Shown: piece by piece, positions 29,211 through 37,400 of the stretch | Position numbering within the stretch: the first letter of the stretch is position 1 | Layout of the letters: each line of letters starts with the position of its first letter | Origin: Candidatus Woesearchaeota archaeon | Lineage (GTDB): Archaea; Nanobdellota; Nanobdellia; UBA10117; JABICX01 | Direction of reading: 5' to 3' | NCBI GenBank assembly: GCA_018692915.1 | Contig: JABHLG010000009.1 | Coordinates: 9,332-73,331 of the forward strand | DNA length: 64,000 bases | Notes under the pieces: model-generated | Databases searched by the model: none | Told to the model about the DNA's origin: nothing | Seen by the model: the letters and a program-made list of their open reading frames with translations, nothing else | Program-made: the position numbers and the translations under genes

Positions 29211-30116
29211 TTATTTTCTTAATATTTTATGTATATTTTCTTCAGAACCAATGTAAACTCTATAATCTTTAATACAATTACTAAATTTACCAATCATATC
29301 ATAAAATCCATTTACAGAAAGGTAATTATCTCTTTTCTCTAAAAAGTTATCATCTCCACTTAACTCTAGGAAACTTAGATTAAGTGGAAATTTAGCTGCA
29401 TTAATTAAGTTTATTTTTGTATCAGATTCAGGGATAATTTCACCAGACGCACCTTTATTATATTGTAAAGATAAAGATCTGATACGTGATTTATTATTTC
29501 TAATAATTATTGGTTCGTCTATTGTAATAATCTTATTTTCTAATCCACCAGTAATTCTTGATAGAGTATGTATTTTTTTATCAGGGTGACGCTGACTAAA
29601 TAAAGTTACATTATCAGCAGTAGGTTTTGCAACTAAATAAGACCCTGAAAGAACATTAATATCCTCATCATATGTATTAATTAAGTGATCTAAAATAGTG
29701 CTTTTACCTGTTCCTTTTTGTGAACTACTAAGAAGATATATTTGATTTTTATATTCAAACGCAACCCCATGAATAAATAATAATTCTCTTGCTAAAGATA
29801 ACATAATTGAGCGCATAAATACGGAATTTATATTACGATCTCCTAATTTTGACTCTAACTCATCTGAATTAATATTAATATTTGCACAACCATATGCCGT
29901 ATTTAATTCTATAGTATTTGCAGAAGAAGTAGTATCTATATTTAATTTTCCGATAAAATCATTAGCATTATAATGCGGTAATTCTCTAACATATATTCCG
30001 CGCATTAATTCACCAATATTAATTTCTAAATACCTTGCAATACTTCGATTATCTTTAACTGTATATTGAAATTTTCTTCTTTCTGGGCCAATTTCATATG
30101 CTCGTTTTGATTCCAT
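29211..30116 (-). CDS. HprK-like P-loop protein (HPr kinase/phosphorylase C-terminal domain-like fold), function unknown
   Basis: IHGVAFEYKNQIYLLSSSQKGTGKSTILDHL ... VLSGSYLV fits the HprK-type pattern hHG...g.gvLl.G.SG.GKS. Its start ATG shares 1 nt with the upstream gene's stop (TAATG). Confidence 0.6.
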   Translation of the reverse strand: MESKRAYEIGPERRKFQYTVKDNRSIARYLEINIGELMRGIYVRELPHYNANDFIGKLNIDTTSSANTIELNTAYGCANININSDELESKLGDRNINSVFMRSIMLSLARELLFIHGVAFEYKNQIYLLSSSQKGTGKSTILDHLINTYDEDINVLSGSYLVAKPTADNVTLFSQRHPDKKIHTLSRITGGLENKIITIDEPIIIRNNKSRIRSLSLQYNKGASGEIIPESDTKINLINAAKFPLNLSFLELSGDDNFLEKRDNYLSVNGFYDMIGKFSNCIKDYRVYIGSEENIHKILRK

Positions 30117-31903
30117 TATTCTATCTTAACAAAACCTCCTTCACTTTTTATGAAATTATCAATATTAAATTCCTTAAGTGGTAATTTTATGATGTGTCCT
30201 GCGTTAAAGTATTTTTGAAAAGAATAACTAACATTATTATTATCAAACAAAGATTTTGAGTATCTACTGAAATTTAATCTACGAACCTTAGAATCTTTAT
30301 CATAAAAATAATTAGCAATAGTTTCTTTCTGACAATCTCGCAATCCTAATCTAATATAATCTACATCAAGATTATCCATATAATCTCTAGTTGCTTGAAG
30401 AATTATTTCTATATCTTTTAAATTCACATTACCTTCTAAAAGAATATCAAAAGCTTCTTTTAAACCAACTAAAGATAAAGAATACAAACTATCATCTAAA
30501 TGAATATATTTAATTTTCTTAAACAAATATCTGCTCTGAATTGAATTGACTAATTCATAAGAATATTTCAAAACTTCGACAGATTCTTTAATAATTTTAA
30601 ACAACTCTTCTTTAAACAGTTGCAAATTCTTAGTTCTAGCAGCAATACGAGGAGCATTAATTGCAATATTTTGTATGTCACCTACGCGAACTGTTCGCAT
30701 CCAATATTTCCAATTAGCATCTAAACGGGAGTTTTTTAAATAAACTACATTAGATGTCTGCCATTTTGGAATTAAATTCGCAATATAAGATTTCGGTATA
30801 AACAATAAATCATTTTTAGGTTCAGTCCATAGTTTATATACTAAAGATATATTATTTGTTTTTATTTTCTTAAATATATTAAGAATTATATCTGTATTAA
30901 TACCAACATATTTTTCTAAATTCATTAGATTTGGTGGTAAGAAATTTACTTCTAATTCTTTTTGAATAAAACGAGGAGTGCCCATATCTAACCCTAAAAA
31001 TATTTCAACACCAATTGCATCTAAATTTTTAATAAACTTTTCAAGTTCAGATACAATCTTACGCTCATCTAAAATAGATGTATATTTAGAAATAAAATAA
31101 TTAAAAGAATCTAATGCTTGTTCTTTAATACCTAAATTTGCTAGTTTTTTAACCATATTTGTAACTTCCATTAAGTAATCTGGAAGATTAGAAACATTAT
31201 TGAACAAAGCTATTGCATTTAAGTCATGTGAAAAATTAGATACTTTTGGTTTTCCTAAATTCTCAATAAAAATATCTCCATTAATGTGCATATCTAAACC
31301 ATATGGATAACGCAATTTTAAATAATTAAAAAAAGTTTGTATCTTAGCACGAGATTTTTCTATGTTTATTAATGCGCTATTAATTGAATTCACTCTATTT
31401 TGTATTGCAATTTCAAATATTGCTCTAAATTCAATAAGAGATGTTCTTTCACGTATTTGATTTTGAATAGAATTTAATCCAATTTCTATTGTATTTTTAG
31501 GAATGCCTCCATCTAAGTAAGGTTTAGCAAATTTGATTTTATCAAAACGTTCTAGCTTACCATGGTCAGTAATTATATGAAAATCAGATAGTTCACTATC
31601 TTCGTGCTCTATTTTATCACCCTTAAGTATCTTAGATATATTAGATGGATTTATATTAATATAAAAATCTTGGATATAGAACATTCGCTTTAAGCGATTC
31701 TCATGTTCTTGTTTTGAACGAACAAAGCCAGTACGTTCAAGTTGCTCTAAATATTTGTGTGCTGTTGAAAATTTTAAATTAAGTTGCTTAGATATATCTG
31801 TGATTGATTTTGCTCCAGTTTCAGTTAGCAATGCAAGTATTCTTAACTTTACTTCATTGTCAAGCACTTTCAGTTGCTCAATTACTTTCGTGTTTTGAAC
31901 CAT
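30116..31903 (-). CDS. wHTH (ArsR-like) domain fused to a large (about 500 aa) uncharacterised domain
   Basis: The N-terminus LKVLDNEVKLRILALLTETGAKSITDISKQLNLKFSTAHKYLEQLERTGFVRSK is a winged-helix HTH. The remainder has no recognisable motif. It is translationally coupled to the HprK-like gene. Confidence 0.6.
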   Translation of the reverse strand: MVQNTKVIEQLKVLDNEVKLRILALLTETGAKSITDISKQLNLKFSTAHKYLEQLERTGFVRSKQEHENRLKRMFYIQDFYININPSNISKILKGDKIEHEDSELSDFHIITDHGKLERFDKIKFAKPYLDGGIPKNTIEIGLNSIQNQIRERTSLIEFRAIFEIAIQNRVNSINSALINIEKSRAKIQTFFNYLKLRYPYGLDMHINGDIFIENLGKPKVSNFSHDLNAIALFNNVSNLPDYLMEVTNMVKKLANLGIKEQALDSFNYFISKYTSILDERKIVSELEKFIKNLDAIGVEIFLGLDMGTPRFIQKELEVNFLPPNLMNLEKYVGINTDIILNIFKKIKTNNISLVYKLWTEPKNDLLFIPKSYIANLIPKWQTSNVVYLKNSRLDANWKYWMRTVRVGDIQNIAINAPRIAARTKNLQLFKEELFKIIKESVEVLKYSYELVNSIQSRYLFKKIKYIHLDDSLYSLSLVGLKEAFDILLEGNVNLKDIEIILQATRDYMDNLDVDYIRLGLRDCQKETIANYFYDKDSKVRRLNFSRYSKSLFDNNNVSYSFQKYFNAGHIIKLPLKEFNIDNFIKSEGGFVKIE

Positions 31904-32028
31904 AGTGGTGATATGGTTTATGATAGGAAAACTTAAAAGGGTTATCTTAATCCGTGATAGGTCATGATATTGTATTCCATAAACTATAATAAAGAAAATG
32001 TTTTAATCTAAAATTAAAAGGAGCTTAT

Positions 32029-32565
32029 ATGCGATCAGGGATAAGAGCAATTGATATAGGAAATAGAAAAGTAATTTCAGTTAAACCAAGAACTAAGCTA
32101 ACTTCTGTAGCTAAAAAAATGGCTAAAAAAAGAATTGGGGGATTACCTGTAGTTTACAAAAAGAAATTAGTTGGTATTATCACAGAAAGAGATATTATAA
32201 ACAAAGTTGTTGCTAAAGGTAAAACTGCTAAAGGAATGCGAGTAGAAGATGTAATGACTTCGCCAGTAAAAGTTTATGCTGAAAAACATGATGATTTAAC
32301 ACACATAGCTAAAAAAATGGTTAAGCATGATGTATCAAGAATACCAATAGTTCACGAAGAAAAACTTATTGGATTTATAACAAACAAAGATATTGCACGC
32401 GAATCGCCTGTTTTAATTAATGTTCTTTTAGAAAGACTAAAAGTTTCTAATCCAGAATTTAAATTCCAACCAAGTTCTTTTGGAGAATGTGAAGTTTGTG
32501 GCCAGCCAGGTCATCTTGGTTTTAATCAAAATAAATTCTTATGTGAACTCTGCTCAGATAAATAA
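32029..32565 (+). CDS. CBS-domain pair protein with C-terminal zinc ribbon
   Basis: Two CBS repeats (GGLPVVYKKKLVGIITERDI ... SRIPIVHEEKLIGFITNKDI), then CEVCGQPGH ... CELCSDK. Confidence 0.75.
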   Translation: MRSGIRAIDIGNRKVISVKPRTKLTSVAKKMAKKRIGGLPVVYKKKLVGIITERDIINKVVAKGKTAKGMRVEDVMTSPVKVYAEKHDDLTHIAKKMVKHDVSRIPIVHEEKLIGFITNKDIARESPVLINVLLERLKVSNPEFKFQPSSFGECEVCGQPGHLGFNQNKFLCELCSDK

Positions 32566-32614
32566 ATAAATTACATTATACAAAAGTTTAAAAGATTTTA
32601 CATATACACTTCTT

Positions 32615-33400
32615 ATGGATGAAGAATCACCACAGTCACTAACTTTTCCAGAGTATATAAAAGTAAGAGAAGTATTTCTAAAAGATCAAGAAGCGTTAAA
32701 AACAAGAATTAAAGATTTAGAATTAGATGCACAGTTTAAACGTGCAGAAAAACAAGCTAAATGGGAAAAATTCTCAAAATTAGAACGTAGTTTATTGGAT
32801 ATTATTCAAACAACTGACTTAAAACATATATTTAATGAACTAAATGCGCTTGGCTATACATCTACAAGTCAAAAATTAGAATATAACGAAGATGGTCTTA
32901 CAGATTACACAATTATATTAGAATGTGCTGGTCGTGCAATTAATGATAATATTGAATTTAAGGCAGTTACAGATACAAATTATGCTCAACCACCAAATAT
33001 ATTTGAAGAAGTGCGAACACAATGGAAAAAAATTCCTGTGCCTGCCAGAGCAGTATCTGGAGCAATTATACTTCAAGGTAATTTAGATAATCAAGGAAAA
33101 AGTTCTGGCATATATTGTTGCTTAACTATAGATTCATCAGGGATACAGGACTATTTAAACCTTAAAAGAAAAAGATGTCTCTTCTTTTTTGAAGATATAA
33201 ATTCAGATATATCTGTAGAAGAAGCTAGTTCTAAAACAGCATTTATTCCTGAAGATAAAATTAATGATTTAGATTATATAAAACCTATAATTAACCTGTT
33301 AGATTCATTTATTGATGATGCTGCACAAGGAAAAAGTCCTATTTTTGTTGGAGAAAATATGTATGGTGGTAAACCAACTAAAGCAGGTATTAAATTATAA
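32615..33400 (+). CDS. hypothetical protein (261 aa)
   Basis: ORF track entry. Confidence 0.5.
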   Translation: MDEESPQSLTFPEYIKVREVFLKDQEALKTRIKDLELDAQFKRAEKQAKWEKFSKLERSLLDIIQTTDLKHIFNELNALGYTSTSQKLEYNEDGLTDYTIILECAGRAINDNIEFKAVTDTNYAQPPNIFEEVRTQWKKIPVPARAVSGAIILQGNLDNQGKSSGIYCCLTIDSSGIQDYLNLKRKRCLFFFEDINSDISVEEASSKTAFIPEDKINDLDYIKPIINLLDSFIDDAAQGKSPIFVGENMYGGKPTKAGIKL

Positions 33401-34196
33401 GTAAACTAATTAAATTTCTCATTCCTTCTGCTAAACCTAATACAGCTATTGAAATAAGCAAGAAGTTTCTCAATTGTTTGTCTTCTATTTCAGTAGATAT
33501 TACATAAATAGCGGGAATTATAACAACCATTTTTAGTGGAATAAAACTAAATGCGCCAAAGCGCTCTATGAAAAATCTTGGTAGTGGGTGTTTTTCCCAG
33601 CCTCCAACAAAAAATAATATCATAGATGTAGCTGTTGCATCTAGCAAGTGTGCAGTAAATGCTGCATAACCAATCTTATCTGTAATCCATGTCCATTTAA
33701 GTTTTGTAAATACAAAATAAAACGCTACTGCAAGTGAAACAATTGTAAATACAATTCCTAAAAACAATCCTATGTTTTCAAAACTAATTTTTGTGATATT
33801 AATTGCAATGAGATTTACTAAAACAATAATTCCAATTAAATTAGTAATACTATACCAAGGATACTTTGTTTTATGTCCAATCATCAGACCAAATACTAAA
33901 CCAAGTAAGAAAATAAAGGTAGTTAGCAAATAAATTCCCGGAGATACTGTCCAAAAGTTCCTAATCATATATCCTGAGTCAATAAATGCTCTAAGTGTTG
34001 AACCAAACAAAATAAATGGAAGTGTGGATAGTAAAAACTTGAAATCAATTTTTACTTTAAACTTTCTAAGAATTATAAAAATAGTATAAAGCAAAGCAAG
34101 TGCAACAACTGCATATGTAATTGTATTTACAAAATTATAACCTTGTTCTACTCTAATAGGTGATAAAAAATATTTATCTATAAAATTTATTTTCAT
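33390..34196 (-). CDS. polytopic membrane protein (possibly the archaeal DUF63 family)
   Basis: Seven to eight predicted TM helices. The family assignment is from memory only. Confidence 0.5.
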   Translation of the reverse strand: MKINFIDKYFLSPIRVEQGYNFVNTITYAVVALALLYTIFIILRKFKVKIDFKFLLSTLPFILFGSTLRAFIDSGYMIRNFWTVSPGIYLLTTFIFLLGLVFGLMIGHKTKYPWYSITNLIGIIVLVNLIAINITKISFENIGLFLGIVFTIVSLAVAFYFVFTKLKWTWITDKIGYAAFTAHLLDATATSMILFFVGGWEKHPLPRFFIERFGAFSFIPLKMVVIIPAIYVISTEIEDKQLRNFLLISIAVLGLAEGMRNLISLLII

Positions 34197-34524
34197 TTCG
34201 AGACCGCATATACATAAAAAGCCCTATTTGAGATAGGACAGTAATTACTAAAAGTGATGTTAAATAATTTTTAGGAGGCATACCTGCAATTGCAGAGCTT
34301 GTGATTTGGTTCTTAGGATATTTTGAATCATCTAATGGATTTGTTCCTAATTCTACTTCTACGCCATCTGAAAAACCATCTTTATCTGTATCCATATCAT
34401 TAATTCCTGTGCCTAACTCTTGTTCTGATAAATCCTCTAATCCATCATTATCTGTATCAATTGCATAAGCAGAACTAATTATGAAAGTTAATACTAAAAA
34501 CATAATTATAATTTTAAATTTCAT
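34174..34524 (-). CDS. secreted protein with DxDxDG calcium-binding-like repeats and a C-terminal TM anchor
   Basis: Signal peptide MKFKIIIMFLVLTFIISSAYA. Repeats DTDNDGLEDLSEQELGT and DTDKDGFSDGVEVELGT (thrombospondin type 3 / EF-like). C-terminal TM helix followed by RSRNENKFYR. Confidence 0.5.
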   Translation of the reverse strand: MKFKIIIMFLVLTFIISSAYAIDTDNDGLEDLSEQELGTGINDMDTDKDGFSDGVEVELGTNPLDDSKYPKNQITSSAIAGMPPKNYLTSLLVITVLSQIGLFMYMRSRNENKFYR

Positions 34525-34547
34525 TGTTCTTTTCTTTCGCGAACGTT

Positions 34548-34567
34548 TCTTTTCTTACAAGAAAAGA
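34548..34567 (-). terminator. palindromic hairpin tcttttctt-acaa-gaaaaga immediately 3' of the 34574 gene (recurring motif, copy A)
   Basis: Perfect inverted repeat. It is the same TTTCTT-GTAAG-AAA family found at four other sites. Confidence 0.4.
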
Positions 34568-34573
34568 AAGGCT

Positions 34574-35047
34574 CTACCAGGGGCTCTGCCAGTTCTGTTT
34601 AGGTTGCTGTTGCTGTTGTTGAGGTTGCTGAGTTTGGAATGACCCAAACGCATTAGCATCTTGCTGACCATAACCTGCTTGTTGCTGTTGAGGTTGCTGA
34701 GGTTGTTGCTGAGGTTTAGCTGGACTTAATTTACTTTCCATTTGTGTAATTTTCTGCTTTAGAACTTCCATCTCAGAAAGCAAAGAGTCAATCTTGCTAG
34801 TTAAAATCTCAATTTTATTTGACAGTTGCATTTGAGATGAAGCAGATGTTCCTGAAGAACTTGGAAGTGCTGAAGGACTTGGTAATTGACCTACACCACC
34901 TATATCTGGCATTTCGCCACCTGCGGGACCTAAAGCGCCACTTGGACCGCCAATTCCACTAGTAGGTAATTTCATAAAATCTTCTTCTTCATCAGGTCTT
35001 CCTCTTAACTTATCAAAAACGCCCATAAAACACAAAAAGATTATCAC
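34574..35047 (-). CDS. low-complexity protein with N-terminal MGVFDKL, a G/P/S-rich linker, a coiled coil and a poly-Q tail
   Basis: ORF track entry. The likely true start is at MGVFDKLRGRP (35026). The PspA/ESCRT-III-like N-terminal resemblance is weak. Confidence 0.45.
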   Translation of the reverse strand: MIIFLCFMGVFDKLRGRPDEEEDFMKLPTSGIGGPSGALGPAGGEMPDIGGVGQLPSPSALPSSSGTSASSQMQLSNKIEILTSKIDSLLSEMEVLKQKITQMESKLSPAKPQQQPQQPQQQQAGYGQQDANAFGSFQTQQPQQQQQQPKQNWQSPW

Positions 35048-35115
35048 TTAAATATTTTGTTATGTTATTGGAGTATGACCCAAAATATTATTAAGAACTG
35101 TAGTTTAGAGTTTAT

Positions 35116-36600
35116 ATGAGTAAGTATGAAATAATTATGGGGTCATATCAAGGTAGTGTTGAAAAATACTATTTCTTAGCTCTCGAACTGCTCGGAGAGT
35201 TTGGTTTTAAGTCAATCAAGACAAATGATACATTTACATCAAGTATAACTTCTTCATTCTGGGGCTCAATTGAACAACGGAGAACCTTACAACAAGAAAA
35301 AGCATCACAATTCCTTGCGACAATTGGCAACATGATTAAAACTATGTTTCAAATAATTAGGTCTTTACGAATTATGGACGAAAAGATGAAATATTATACT
35401 GAAGCTAAAAAAGGGCCTGACCGAAAATCTGCGGAAATTGCATTAAAAGGAATTTGGATTGATATGGTTGAAGGAGGAGGTAAGAATCCTAGTTCTATTT
35501 ATGGATTAGCAACACAAGTTGGATTTACTACACTTCCAGATTTATTCTTTGATATCTGTCCAAGAGATTCTACTGATTTAAACAAAAAAATGAATGAATT
35601 AAACAAAAGTGGAATAAACAAAAAAATAACTGAAGTTCTTAGAAGAAAACTTTTCCAATATATGGAATGGAGAGATAAAACTGATGAAGAAATTAAAACA
35701 AGTAGAAGATTCCACCTTGCTTATCTTAGACAGCACTTTAACACAATTCGAATGTATTTAAGTTGGGTCAAACCTTATTTGAAAAATGTAAATAGATTAA
35801 AACAACATGGCTCAAGACAAGAACATTTACTAGAAATGGCAGATACTGCAATATCTGATATTGAATTATTTTCTTATCCTGAAAATTTTAAAAAATATAA
35901 AAAATATGTTCCAATAATAACAACTAATTTTGAATACACAACAGTTCCTGAATTATCTTATCAACAAGAATACCAGCGAGGACCAATTCACGTTGGACGA
36001 ACGCGCATGGTAATCGAAGGAAAAGCAATGTTAATTGAAGAAGTACGTGAGAAGTTTAGGCAAGATATGTTAAACGATCTTAACTTACTAAAAGACATGT
36101 TCTCTGCAATGCAAGCACTTGGAGATGATTTAAAGAATTATTTAGAAGAAGCTGAAGAAGAAGACCCTGCAGGTAAACTAGGTAAAAAATTAAAATCTGG
36201 AAAAGCTAAAGCACCTACTGGAATTATTGGTTTATTTGGCCCATTCAAAGATATTGGAAAAGGATTTACAACATTATTTGGTGGATTTACGCGAGGGAAA
36301 AAGAAAGAGTTCAAAAAAACAGTTATAACATATGATTTACCAGAAGACATTGAAAAAATGTGGAAAATAAGACAAGCAACTGTAAAAGAAAAACGAAGTA
36401 GTAGAATGAAATTCAAAATGCGTGAAGATTTTGACGATGATAAATCATTTAAGAAATATTTAGACCTATCTAAAAAACGTAACACAAAAGCAGAAGAAGA
36501 TGAGCTTGCAGCAGTTAAAAAAACTGTAGAAAAAAAAGAAGACATTGTCTGGAAGATTTATGACACATACAAGAAAAGTCTTGGCGTTGTTCGATGGTAA
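35116..36600 (+). CDS. hypothetical protein (494 aa), charged C-terminal third
   Basis: Long clean ORF with no recognised domain. It is divergent from the Q-rich gene. Confidence 0.6.
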   Translation: MSKYEIIMGSYQGSVEKYYFLALELLGEFGFKSIKTNDTFTSSITSSFWGSIEQRRTLQQEKASQFLATIGNMIKTMFQIIRSLRIMDEKMKYYTEAKKGPDRKSAEIALKGIWIDMVEGGGKNPSSIYGLATQVGFTTLPDLFFDICPRDSTDLNKKMNELNKSGINKKITEVLRRKLFQYMEWRDKTDEEIKTSRRFHLAYLRQHFNTIRMYLSWVKPYLKNVNRLKQHGSRQEHLLEMADTAISDIELFSYPENFKKYKKYVPIITTNFEYTTVPELSYQQEYQRGPIHVGRTRMVIEGKAMLIEEVREKFRQDMLNDLNLLKDMFSAMQALGDDLKNYLEEAEEEDPAGKLGKKLKSGKAKAPTGIIGLFGPFKDIGKGFTTLFGGFTRGKKKEFKKTVITYDLPEDIEKMWKIRQATVKEKRSSRMKFKMREDFDDDKSFKKYLDLSKKRNTKAEEDELAAVKKTVEKKEDIVWKIYDTYKKSLGVVRW

Positions 36601-36605
36601 TGAAA

Positions 36606-36629
36606 CTTTCTTTCTTGTAAGAAAGAAAG
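36606..36629 (+). terminator. palindromic hairpin ctttctttctt-gta-agaaagaaag, 6 nt after the stop codon (recurring motif, copy B)
   Basis: Seen directly in the sequence. It sits in terminator position. Confidence 0.45.
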
Positions 36630-36781
36630 AACATAGAGAAAAACTATTTTTAAAATACATTATATAATGCCATTGTCTACGACAATTGCGGAATTGAAAA
36701 TCTATACGAATAACATCTTCAAATTTTCAATAAACAAATAAGGAAAGTTATTTCTATGAGTAATTACTATATAATTATAGC

Positions 36782-37306
36782 ATGACTAAACCAAGTAAGA
36801 ATGCTAAGAAACTTCAGAAGAAGCTAAACGGTAACAACACATCGCAAACTTCAAAAAAGCTTGCGGAGCTGACTACGTCAGAAACAAAAGACACTGAGGA
36901 CACTGAAAAAAAGAACCAAGAGAAAAAAACACAACAATTTATTAATGAAAATCATTTTGAGTTATTTTCTAAATTCACGCAACCAGAACATATAGATATA
37001 ACTAAACTCCTAACTGAATCACCAAACAAATCAGAAGAAACAGAAACATTAGAGCAAACTACTGCACAATTTATTACCCAAGAAGAAAGCGAAAACATTG
37101 TTCAAAACCAATATACAGGTGGTGAAGATTATACTAAATACAATAAACATGAGCATATAGATATAACAAAATATCCTATAAAAGATAAGCAATTAAAACA
37201 ATACAAAACAGAGCTACTTTCATTTAATCCAGTAACTACTGATAGTGAATCTAATTCTCCTGAATCAGATTATAACACTAAAAAACCCAAAGAACAACAC
37301 TACTAA
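36782..37306 (+). CDS. disordered polar protein with two EHIDITK repeats (174 aa)
   Basis: ORF track entry. Low complexity (T/E/K/Q/N). Confidence 0.4.
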   Translation: MTKPSKNAKKLQKKLNGNNTSQTSKKLAELTTSETKDTEDTEKKNQEKKTQQFINENHFELFSKFTQPEHIDITKLLTESPNKSEETETLEQTTAQFITQEESENIVQNQYTGGEDYTKYNKHEHIDITKYPIKDKQLKQYKTELLSFNPVTTDSESNSPESDYNTKKPKEQHY

Positions 37307-37400
37307 TTCCCAAACTTATTTATATATTAAAGAATATATATTCTATTATGATGTTAAAATGTGAAACATTTGAACGGCCCGCTAAAATGGAGGTTTTAGC

